The position numbers and the translations under genes are program-made. Below, one piece after another: positions 12,377-23,542 of a DNA stretch of 52,528 nt; the first letter of the stretch is position 1; each line of letters begins with the position of its first letter. The notes under the pieces were generated by a model. That model was not told where the DNA came from and searched no databases. It saw only the letters and a list, made by a program, of their open reading frames with translations. Source of the stretch: Octopus bimaculoides (taxonomy: Eukaryota); NCBI RefSeq assembly GCF_001194135.2, contig NC_069000.1, forward strand, positions 17,546,324 through 17,598,851, in the 5' to 3' direction.

Positions 12377-12897
12377 GTAAAGAGACTTCTTTTCACACTT
12401 TTGCTGTTCACACCAACAATTTAACATTTCATGCTTTGACATTGGTATAATGTCATTTTTACTTTGATTAAATTTTTTTTTTTCTTTTCACAATAATCAA
12501 GGCTGTATGATTAAAAAGTTTGTTTCCCAGCCACAAGGTCCATATTTAGTCACTTTGTGTGGCACCTTGTGCAAGTGTCTTTTAACATAGCCCTGGGCTG
12601 ACCAAAGCCTTGTGAGTGGGCTTCAGAGATTGAAGCTCATTGTATGTGTGTGTGCATGCGCTTGTATCTTGACTTTGCATGACAGTTGTAGATGAATGTA
12701 ATATTATTCATTTCCATTATTTTGTGGAAACCTGTTAGGCCATGGGGAAATATTATTTTGCTCAAAAACAAGAAAGGCATTTAGACATAGAAAATCTGCT
12801 TCAGTAAACTCCATTCAATTCATGAAAAAGTAGACATTAAAATGAAACGAAATATCAGTTGTTTTCTGGACACAAATGTTTTTATATATTTCACCAG

Positions 12898-13056
12898 GTA
12901 TTAGAGGAAGATGAATGTATGTATGCTGTTAGCCAAGGAGCCATTTGTGTGGAATGTCGCCGTGATGATGAAAAGATGCGACAGACTTTAGCCTCCATCA
13001 ATGATGAAGAAACAGTTCTACAGTGTGTTGCAGAAAGGACATTGCTGAAGAAAATG
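12898..13056 (+). CDS. HMBS: HMBS exon (VLEEDECMYAVSQGAICVECRRDDEKMRQTLASINDEETVLQCVAERTLLKKM)
   Basis: tcaccag acceptor; MYAVxQGA and AER motifs. 159 bp, donor GTATCCCT. Confidence 0.97.
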
Positions 13057-13749
13057 GTATCCCTTTTATATATGTTTTCCCTTTCTATAAAAATGATATT
13101 GTTGTATTTGTGTGTATGGTCATTGCTACCATCATTTTAGCATCCAGTTTCCAGTCTGACACAAATGTGATATGTCTGCAATACAGCATGTAGCCCTTTA
13201 TTTCACTTGCTTCTCTTAATATGTGTGAGGCTCAACAGCATCATATCTAACATAACCATTTCTCTCCATATCTTCCTCTGCCACAAGATCTTCCACAGAC
13301 ATTACACATACACACGCAAACAGATATGCACAAACATGCACATCATTTATTTACTCCTTCATCTAGTTTCCATTCACACCACATCATTATTATGCAGGTC
13401 AGTGTGTTGGAAGCAATACAAGCAAAAGGTTCATCTCTTGACAAGGATCCCTTAGCTTTCCCTGGAACAAGGAGTCAGATCAAATTTTTGACAAAAAAGA
13501 TGGTATGAACCTAAGTGTCATACTGAACAACAATTATGTTGAATCCAGATCAATTCTCCTGGGACCCTTTTTATACCAACCTACTCCAAACTGTCCCCTT
13601 GTTTTAAAGAAATCTAAATACAAACCTTCCTTTAAAATTTCACGTTAATTTATATTCCAAACACTAGATTATTAATGACAAGATGCCTAACTTGGGTCAA
13701 AGAAGTTTTTTTTTAAAGTACAGCCTTCTTTTTATTTATTTATCAATAG

Positions 13750-13803
13750 GAAGGTGGTTGCAGTGTTCCCATCGGTACCAAAACTACCATTGAGAACAAC
13801 ATG
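13750..13803 (+). CDS. HMBS: HMBS exon (EGGCSVPIGTKTTIENNM) with the dipyrromethane-binding Cys
   Basis: caatag acceptor, ATG|gtaagt donor, GGCSVP motif. 54 bp. Confidence 0.98.
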
Positions 13804-14483
13804 GTAAGTTGTTTGAGATTTCATGGTGGTAGGTATGAGTGTATATCATTACATCAGGGTGAGCTGATGGAAGTAGATAGAGATGTGTGTCATTACATCA
13901 GAGTGTGTTCATGACTGTTTGTTGGAGAAGATACAATTGTATGTTAGTGTATGTCAGTGTATTCTTTCACTGGAACTGCTTGACTCAGTAACTGTGTATG
14001 TTTGTTAATAAAACTGAAAGCACTTTCATAAACCAAAGAGTGTTGTATTGTCCTTTGGGTAGTTGCTATTATTCTATGTGCCACACAACTGGGACATTGA
14101 AAATAAAGTGTTCTCCAACTTTCCTGCCCAGAGACACTACAAAGTTTGAACTCAGGATCCAGGAACTGGTAGTCCAATGCCTTATCCATTCAGCTGGGCA
14201 TCTGGCCATAGAAAATTTGTATCAGTGAATTTTGTCTGATCCATGTCCGCAGGGAAAAGTGGACATTAAAAACATTTGTTTCTCCAAGTATTGAAGTATG
14301 GAAAATACATTTTTCAAGCAGAACCTTTGAAGATGGTTTTATTTTGTGGCTTCCAAAAAAAATGAAAAGTAAAGTTAACTCTGGCAGGGTTTGATCTCAG
14401 AATTGTATAGCATGAAACCATTAGACTAGTCTGTAAAAAATATGCATGCAGTCTTCTGGTTTCAACATTAGAAGACAATATTG

Positions 14484-14765
14484 GTTTCAAATTTTGGCAC
14501 AAGGCCAGCAATTTCAAGGAAGTGGGAAAATCAATTACATCGACTCTAGTACTCAACTGACACTTATTTTATTGACCCCCCCNNNNNNNNNNNNNNNNNN
14601 NNNNNNNNNNNNNNNNNNNNNNNNNNNNNNNNNNNNNNNNNNNNNNNNCCCCCCCCACCCCAAAAAGCATGAAAGACAAAGTCAAGCTCAACAGAATTTG
14701 AAGTCAGAACGTAGAGACAGACGAAATACTGCTAAGCATTTTGCCCAGCATGCTAACGATTCTAT
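14484..14765 (-). mobile_element. SINE family B copy (intronic)
   Basis: Reverse-orientation head ...ctaagcattttgcccagcatgctaacgattc; contains an N gap. Confidence 0.8.
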
Positions 14766-14809
14766 CTGCTCATTGTCTATTAGAAGATAATATTGAAAAG
14801 TGGTTTAGG

Positions 14810-14985
14810 GTTGTGAACGACAGAATAATTAGCATGCTTGACAAAATGCTTAGTGGCATTTCATCTGTCTTTACATTCTCAGTTCAAATCCACCTTTTGT
14901 TTTTTCAGAGTTGATAAAATGAGTATCAGTTGAGCACTAGGGTAGATGTAATCGACTTAACCCCTCCTCTGAAATTGCTCTAATA
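14810..14985 (+). mobile_element. SINE family B copy (intronic), inverted relative to the adjacent copy
   Basis: cagaataattagcatgc..aaatgcttag..cagttcaaatcc head and gataaaatgagta..gatgtaatcgac body. Confidence 0.75.
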
Positions 14986-15425
14986 TTAAAATGTGGTTAA
15001 GGAAGCAGTTTCATTCACCTCTAAAGCAATATGTTGATGGTGTTTATGTAATATTCTTCAATAAAGAATACAATCTAGTTCAACTAGTTGCCTGGCCCAA
15101 GTTTGATACTTGGTTCAAATGAGAGATCTTGTGACCTAACCTAAATTGTAATGTGGCTTAAATTGGTGACCTCTCTCAAATTGTTTGCTTGGACCATGTT
15201 GGTGACTCGGCACAAACTGATGGCTTGCACAAACAGGTTGTTTCATTTTAGTTTCAATAGATTACAATCATCATCATCATTTAATGTCCATTTTCCATGC
15301 TGGCATAGGTTGGACAAATCTATCTAACATTTGAAAGAAGGAAAAATTCAGTGTAGATTTTAAATAATTCATGAGTTATTCTTGTCAGAATCTATAAGTT
15401 TTCTGGGGTTTTCTTCTCATTCCAG

Positions 15426-15527
15426 TTGACTATTAAAGCTGGCATCTTCAGTAAAGATGGCTCAGAATGTATCATAGATGTAGCAGAAGTACAGCTTCCA
15501 GGAGATGAAGAGCCTCCATTGAAAAAG
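15426..15527 (+). CDS. HMBS: HMBS exon (LTIKAGIFSKDGSECIIDVAEVQLPGDEEPPLKK)
   Basis: tccag acceptor and AAG|gtaagc donor. S-x-DG domain-3 motif. 102 bp, phase 0/0. Confidence 0.93.
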
Positions 15528-15678
15528 GTAAGCTAATATATTGTCTCTCTCTCTCTCTCTCTTGTTTGGTACAAAATGCACTCTTTTTTTATATCGTTAG
15601 TGGGATGATAATTTTAAAATTACTCCAACAATAATAATAATAACATTTTCTGATACAATTTCTTAAATTCTGTTGCAG

Positions 15679-15864
15679 GATGACCTTGGTGAGGCAGACT
15701 ACACACACATTGTGGCACCAAACATTTCATCAGGTAGACTTAAGGCAGCCAGGAATGTTGGCATTGAACTGGCAGAGAAACTTCTGACAGACGAAGGTCG
15801 GAAAATATTGGAGGCAGCAAAGCAAGCAGTGGCAAAAATAAAGGACATCTGCAAGAAGACATGA
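15679..15864 (+). CDS. HMBS: HMBS terminal coding exon (DDLGEADYTHIVAPNISSGRLKAARNVGIELAEKLLTDEGRKILEAAKQAVAKIKDICKKT*)
   Basis: gttgcag acceptor. Matches the PBGD C-terminal helix pattern G-x-x-LA-x-x-LL-x-x-G-x-x-x-IL. Stop TGA at 15862-15864. Confidence 0.93.
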   Translation, partial: DDLGEADYTHIVAPNISSGRLKAARNVGIELAEKLLTDEGRKILEAAKQAVAKIKDICKKT

Positions 15865-16215
15865 TTATTTAGGAGAATGAAATGATAGTTGAGATGATGA
15901 TGCTGGTGATGGGGGAATGTTCCAACTTTGCTAATATCTAGCATTCTCAGTGTTAGATACTTCTTGAAATAAACGAACAAAGGGTGCTAAATATACATGT
16001 AGACTACTTACATTAATACACACAAACACACACGCGCAAGCACAAACCCCAATGTTATTAATGCTAGGAGAATAACTGCATGAACAAATATGTGCCTCTA
16101 TATAGATGGGAATGTATGTATCTATAAGTATGGCTGGCTTGTATGTGTTTTATTTATCTAATACATACATCATTATAATTCCATGGAGCAAACAAATGTA
16201 TGTGTGGTGAGTGTG

Positions 16216-16221
16216 TATATA

Positions 16222-16306
<85 letters not shown>
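16216..16306. repeat. (TA)n microsatellite, about 45 units
   Basis: Direct reading. Confidence 0.95.
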
Positions 16307-16309
<3 letters not shown>

Positions 16310-16904
16310 CATACACACCCATGCACATATATTTTTTTCTGTTGAGAAAACTACCTAGAAAACTCAATTCAATTCAGCTGAGTAATTAATATATTATGCA
16401 GTCTTTGCAGCCAAGACTGTACTTTCATATCATTTCTTTTGGAAGTTTCTTTTTTTTTTCTTTTTTTTTTTCCAGAGATATAGAATAAGTGTACACCCAT
16501 TGCTAGCAGCATTTTACATGTATATATAATTGTTAAAATACTGATATTGGTATAAAATTTTTCTAAAATGAAAATCTTTGCTTTCTGTTTTATAGGAGGT
16601 TTCTGGGATTTTTTCATTCCTCCCTTTAGAAAGTTCTAACCATTTAGCATTTAAACCAGCCATATCCAGCCCAAATATTCTGCCTGTTTTCTCTTCAAAC
16701 AGGCCATACTCTACAATATCATTTTATTGTACATTAACCCTTATAACACAAATGAGCTGATCAGCTTGCTATTTATACAGGATGTGGCTGAAGTAACGCC
16801 CTTTTGTATTTGAGTTTTCTAGTTTCTAATTGAGCTTCTTTTTTATTTCCTAAAACTTCTTCAGTTTTTTTCATTAGTTTATTATTTGTTTCTTTAAGTA
16901 ATGC

Positions 16905-16910
16905 AATAAA
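16905..16910 (+). other. Possible polyadenylation signal for HMBS
   Basis: AATAAA about 1 kb after the stop codon. The motif is common in AT-rich DNA and there is no transcript evidence. Confidence 0.2.
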
Positions 16911-19900
16911 TTTGTCTTCAGTAAAAAAATTACTTAAACTATATACTATAGTATATAATCTATATATTGTATATATAAACTATATATACTATAAAAGTTA
17001 TTAAATGCAAAAAGGGCATTACTTCTGCTGTACCCTGTATATTAGAAAGAAGAGCCATTTTCTGCAAGAATATGGTTAAATTTTTCTTTCTAATTTTAGA
17101 ACAAGGCCAGCAGTTTTGAGGGGAGGGAATAGTTGATTACATTGAGCCCTGTTCTAAAATGGTACTTATTTTATCAACCCTGAAAGGATGAAAGGAAAAA
17201 AGAACACCCTTGGCTGTATTTGAATTCAGGACATAAAGAGCTAAAAGAAATTCCCCGATGCATTTTGTCTAGCATGATAACAATTCTACCAACTCACCAC
17301 CTTAGAACTTGGTAAAATTGGTAGAGCATTGGATATGATCTTTTGTATTATTAAGTTAGATCTATTTATGTTCTAAGTTCAAATCCCATCCTCATGACTT
17401 TGACTTTCTTCCTTCTTCAGTCAGTAAAGTAAGAACGAGGCAAAAGTGAGGCAATATAATCATGACAGGAATTATTAGAGCATGTGATAAAATACCTAGT
17501 GGTAATGAATTACAGTCCTTTACAAACATCCACTCTTCCATACTTGCATGGTCCAGATAGAATTTGTTGAGGCAGAATTTTCTAGGGTCAGACGGAATTT
17601 ATTGAGGCTGATTTTTCTAGGAGTAGCTGACCCTCCTGTCATCAATCCTCACCTGTTGCCATACAAGGTAATATTTTCCCAAAGCTAGACGTTTTTCACA
17701 GAAGACTGGGAACAAACTTGTTTGTATGAGAGTAATGCTCGCTTGCAGCCATCACATGATATTTAGACAAGGGTACACACAAACATATATATAGTTCAAA
17801 TTTATAGAAAACAAGTTGAAGACAGATGTAGGAACAAGTAGGTGTATTAGTTTAATGCTCAGGAAAATTGGAAAAATCTTTTACGTTTCCAGCCTATATG
17901 CTCTTTGACAGAAAGGATTAAGAGAAGGAAAAAATGGAGACAGAATGAAAAAAAAAACAGAAAAATGTGCAGAATTCAATGGTCCAACATGGTGAGATGA
18001 CTGGAATAAAGAAATTGAATGGAAGGGAGATAATAATAGTCATAAAAGTGACCCCCAACGAACTCAGGTGCGGAAGCTCGTGTGTATATGAGAATGGTGT
18101 GTCTGAAGGAGGGGTCGTGTGTGTATATGTATGGACGTGTGTATATGGGTGAGACTAACGTGTGTGTGTTGTGTGTAGCTGTTCAGTTGGTGTGTGCATG
18201 TGTATATTTGTGGGACGAAAGTTATCTGAAGCTTTTAAGTTACATGGAGACGAATCAAACTTTAAAAAAATAATAATAACAATATATATATATATATGTT
18301 TACGTCCCCGTAACCTAGTAGTTCGGTAGAAGAGGCTAATAGAATAACCACTAGACTTTTAAAAATGAGTGCCGAAGTCGATTATTGAACTAAACCCTTC
18401 AAAGCAATGCCTCAGCATGGCCACAGCCTGATGACTAAAACGAAACGCCCGAGTGAGTGTGGCAGAAAATCAGCTACACCCGAAGAGCAGAGGCTAGTAT
18501 AGTAGTGAAAGAAAAGATGGAGGAGACGTAGAACATTCGTATAGAATGTGTGATAGGTAACCACGATAAAGCAGCGATTGAACGATGTGATTAGCGCTGG
18601 TTTGGTAGAAGTTGGAGTTTCAAGATGAGAAAGAGCTCAAGTGTTATGAGTAATTGCATGCTGGAGATGATTGTAGGTGATGTAGAGAATTGAGTACTGC
18701 GAAAGCTTTGGTTTCTGCATCAACGGCATCAGCTGTGAGCATTGATGTCACAGGAAATGATAATGAGATAGATTTGCTCGTTGCAGAAACAAATATAGTT
18801 GGTGATTGGAGTTCGGGCAGCGTAGAAAAAGCAAATGTAATCGGAGTGGCAGAAGGAGGCCTTGAGACAGAGTAATTGGGAGTCTTTGTCGAGAGAGGTG
18901 AATGACTGAGACAGTAGACTCTACATGCGTACAGACACTTCCTCATTTCAGAGTGAAATTTGAAAATATAGTGTAGCAAAAGAAAAAGTTACTGAAAACA
19001 ACTGCAAAGAGCTTTTTTTATTTGGTCAATACCATCCGTCCATTTCCGCACGCTATTCTTGGTAGAGTCACGGGAGTAGAGTTCTCAGACACCTTTGCCA
19101 TAGAGTCTTGTCAGAAGCAACCGCCGTCATTAGACTTTCTGGCTGGATTCTCGAGCGCGACCAACTGAGACTATGGATATTATTCAATCACCTTGTTCTT
19201 GATCTACCAAGAAATTAGCATAATAAGCAAATATATAAATGCTCTGGAACAATTTTGTATTAATAAAGGGAAGTAATTGTTGTATTGCTAAAGGGAAGTA
19301 ATTTATATGTGAATTACTTCCCTTGACATGCGCATTCAACGGAAAATGCAACTAGCAAAGAGAGGATTGATCGTTTGCAGATTAAATCATATACTACCAT
19401 TTTAAAGAATACATTGGATAATGCAACTTTAGCTATTGTACATTTGAAAATTAGACAAGATGGTTATCGCTGGAGTGCTATTGGTCACTGGTCAGCACAA
19501 TTATCCTTGGGATAAATGACAAAGCGAAATATACCTTATGACGAGTTTATAAATTCTCAAAATAGAATGCGAGAGTTCAAATGTGAGCCTATGTAACCAA
19601 TTTCACTGTAATCGAAATTTTATCAAACATAAATATGAAACCGATATAGATTCATAAAAGTCGAAAAGACTGAAAAAGATATTCAAAGGTATTAAAAATG
19701 TTATGTAAAAAAAACAAAAACAATTTGGTCGAGGAGTAACTACTTCGTGGGGAAATGTTCTGAATAAATAATTATATAGTTGGGTTCTATGAAAATACTT
19801 AGAAATCCGATACCACATCTGTATTTGGGCTAGTCTATTTAGGATCACTATTGTTTACTTCGAATGTGGAAAGCCCTAGAAAGTGTGATCTAAATATCGA

Positions 19901-20008
19901 AAGTCATTTGTGAGCCTTTCTGGGTAACTGCATTCAAGTGAGCCACTCTCATTGCAGTCTAGACATCAAGGTGTATATCGCTCATCCTACTTAAATGGTG
20001 ATTAAAAT

Positions 20009-20515
20009 ATTGAACGTCAGAACTCAGTTTAATTCGAAGGATAATGACAACAAGCTTGAACATAGAAAAGAACATCACTTGAATGATTTACGAACTAACA
20101 AGGCTGAAGATTGATGTCGCTGCTTTAAATAGACCCTAACAGTTAAGAGAATTTAAAATCTGTTTCAGATTACACTATCTTTTAGAAATGGGAGGAAAAG
20201 AGGAACGCCAAGTTCAATGAGTCGATTTTGTTGCTAAAGCAAAAACAGATGATGAAGTATCAACTCACACCAAGAGCAATTAACGACATATTCATGATTT
20301 TCCGTATACCATTCTACGTTGAAACTTTCATTACTTGTCGACGCTTCTATGCCCAAATGAGACGCCAATGATGATGTTAAGGACAAATTCTACCATCAAC
20401 TGAACACCGCCCTCTCCAAAGTAGCAACAAGGAACAAACTAGTTCTGCCTAATGCCAGGATCGAAAGACAAGCGATTATGAGGAAATGTTGCGGGAAAAA
20501 TGGAAACTACTATGT
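20009..20515 (+). mobile_element. Decayed RTE-clade LINE, APE endonuclease region
   Basis: Frameshifted translation gives (W)NVRT, RLKIDVAAL and DDVKDKFYHQLNTALSKVATRNKLVL..NARI, typical of the RTE ORF endonuclease. Confidence 0.8.
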
Positions 20516-20669
20516 GAATGGACCTCGGCGGAATTTGAACTCAGACCATAGACAGACGAAATACCGCTAAGCATTCCGTCCGGCGTACTAACGTTTCTGC
20601 CAGCTCGCCGCCCTAATTAGAAGGAATATTGATTATAGATGAGATATGCCTTACTCTCGATCCGTCTCG

Positions 20670-20785
20670 GTATGGCTTTGTACGTATGGGCTTTGTAATG
20701 TGCGGGCTTTGTAGGCATGGCTTTGTACGTATGGGCTTTGTAATGTGCGGGCTTTGTAGGCATGGCTCTGTACGTATGGGCTTTG
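20670..20785. repeat. 45-bp tandem repeat (about 2.6 units) built from about 15-bp GGCTTTGTA subunits
   Basis: Unit catggctttgtacgtatgggctttgtaatgtgcgggctttgtagg read directly. Confidence 0.9.
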
Positions 20786-21501
20786 GACTGTTGAACTGAA
20801 CACGATCTGTGTTTGTGAGAGCTGGAGTGTATGTTACAGTATATTGTTCGATTCATCATTCAGTGATATTCTCTAGTACAGACTTGACTATTAGAGATTT
20901 TATAATCCAACTAGGAAATTTCTGAATAGTCTCTCAACTTACTAGAAATGCCTACCAAATCTCCCTCAAATTTCACCCTATTGTCTTAAGAAAAGTAGGA
21001 CACATTGGATAATGTAGTCCTAGATATACAGAATGTCGAAAAAAGAAAAGAAGGAGTTGGGATGATCATGGCTGGAGAGCCTTTGATCACAGGTTTGCTC
21101 AATGAAGGTTAAAATACGATGCTAAACATAACAACGCAAATAAAAATTATAATATTTTAAGTGGCCGTAACGTTTGTTTTGAAAACCGCTTAGTTAATGG
21201 CAAAATTACAGAGGGAAGACGTTAATCACACACACACACACACGTATATTTATGCATTCAGTAGGCGAGAGTTAAATGAGCTTATAAAAAACAAATGAAT
21301 TGTAACTTAAATTCCAACTTCTTCATCCAGGGCAAAGATCATAGTATCGTGAATGGTTATGATAGAAAGAGAAATCCAAATCAAGATGATAAGGTGACAG
21401 TAAGGTGGATGAACACAAATTAGGCTATATATACTCTCTTACTCTCTTACTTGTTTCAGTCCTTTGACTGTGGCCATGCTGGAGCACCTATTATTATTAT
21501 T

Positions 21502-21906
21502 ACTCTCTTTTACTCTTTTACTTGTTTCAGTCTTTTGAATGTGGCTATGCTGGAGCACCACCTTTAGTCGAGCAAATCGACCCCAGGACTTATTCTTTAG
21601 AAGCCTAGTACTTATTCTATCGGTCACTTTTGCCGAACCGCTAAGTTACGGGGACATAAACACACCAGCATCGGTTGTCAAGCGATGTTGGGGGGGACAA
21701 ACACAGACACACAAACACATACACACATACATATATATATATACGACAGGCTTCTTTCAGTTTCCGTCTACCAAATCCACTCACAAGGCTTTGGTCGGCC
21801 CGAGGCTATAGTAGAAGACACTTGCCCAAGGTGCCACGCAGTGGGACTGAACCCGGAACCATGTGGTTGGTAAGCAAGCTACTTACCACACAGCCACTCC
21901 TACGCC
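21502..21906 (-). mobile_element. Full-length tRNA-derived SINE family A, with a second 3' tail copy at 21433-21488
   Basis: The minus strand reads tRNA-like head (gtggctgtgtggtaag..., gggttcagtccc B box), accttgggcaagtgtctt core, TA/TG tract and (AAGAGTA)n tail. Confidence 0.9.
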
Positions 21907-22414
21907 TACTCCTACGTTTTATTTAGTACATATTTATTTTTGTGTGTTGGGTGTAAAATATGTGCGCGCATGCGTAAGTGCGCAGCTTAAAAGTAACCTT
22001 GTCTGCAATACACATAACTCTCTTTTGAAGTACCTGAGCCCGTAACGTTTTATTTTCCCCTCTTTCCTTACGATAACTACATTTGTTTTTACTACCAGGC
22101 TTCCGGCGAAACATTTTAATCTGTCATGTCAAAATGTTTAATTTCTTTAACAATCCCATAATCGGAGTGTCACATATGGATTGTCGCTTATAGCTAAGTT
22201 TTTTAAGAGGTGGTATTGGAAAAAAGAATTTTTTTTTTTCTCAAATTCTATCGGAAATCACCGCTGACACACACGTCGTAAGATTAGAATATACTGATGT
22301 AGGCTCTCAAACAGTAGAAATCGACACCACAAGGTCTTGTCAATTTTTCTGTGCTGCCCTTACTTACAAAGACTTCTGGTTCATATTTACTGGAAAATCT
22401 TCAGTTTTCTAGGC

Positions 22415-22710
22415 CAGGGGTTTTCAAACTGTGGTCCCCGGACCACAGGGGTCCGCAAAGACAATACAGGGGGTCCGTGGATAGCAAATACTTTTTATGG
22501 GCAATTTGATTCTATATATGTTTTTTAATCGAAATCTTTTAATTGACAATAAACCTATTTGTTAAATACTGTTAAATAAATGAATGTAAAAATGTTATTT
22601 TAAGCAAATATTTATGTATAAATTTCATAAGCGTTTATAAGGGGGTCGGTCCCTAAGGTAAAGCCTGAAAAATAAAGGGGTCCGCAAGTCAAAAAGTTTG
22701 AAAACCCCTG
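22415..22710. mobile_element. Intact hAT (Charlie-type) MITE, 296 bp
   Basis: Perfect 16-bp TIRs CAGGGGTTTTCAAACT / AGTTTGAAAACCCCTG and a perfect 8-bp TSD TTCTAGGC at 22407-22414 and 22711-22718. Confidence 0.95.
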
Positions 22711-23256
22711 TTCTAGGCTATACTCAACGTAGAAACATCAGTGGCAGGATACGAATGACCGATCTTTCTGCCTGTTGCTCGTTATACTATCGGTTCTGCC
22801 ATCTGCACCCTTAGACATCTATGCATATATAATGCATGTATGTATAAATAGGAAGCGGTTCTTAAAAGACATCGTTTTCTTCAAAGACCGAGAGATAAGC
22901 GAGATTTGTTAAAGATCAGTGAAGCGTTCAGCAGTTACTCATTACATTTGCAGAACTTTCCTTGTGATTAAGTTTACATATGTACAGATAGCGCATACAT
23001 AACCTCTTAGATAAAATACTTTCTTCATACATTAGTAAATACAATGTTACTATTATTGAAATGTTACGCCTCCATTCCGACTACACTAAAACAAGCAATC
23101 AACTACATGGCGTGTCTTTTCCCCCAATTACTAATGAAATGTCATTCAGATTGATTTCCTCTCTGTGGGAAGCTGTTTGTATTTATACCATGAAAGTTGA
23201 CTAGAGCTGCTGTTTCATTAAACTATTCGCTGAAACCTTGCACTCGCCTGTCCAAC

Positions 23257-23311
<55 letters not shown>

Positions 23312-23542
23312 NNNNNNNNNNNNNNNNNNNNNNNNNNNNNNNNNNNNCCCCCCCCCCCCTCTCTCTCTTCTTCCTTCACTTTTCTTTTAACCCTTTTTCT
23401 CTTCACATCAAAAAGTCACTCCAAAACAAAACGGATAAATACAGTTAAGAGATCAAATATCAAAATCAAGGCTGCCAAAGAGATCTTAAGGAATCTTCTA
23501 GAGCATGTACATGCACACACACCAAGAAAATCTTTGTGATAT

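Noticed and set aside
21840-21906. tRNA-like A/B boxes here and at many other sites
   Set aside because: These are SINE heads continuing into SINE bodies, with no cloverleaf or 3' acceptor stem; not tRNA genes.
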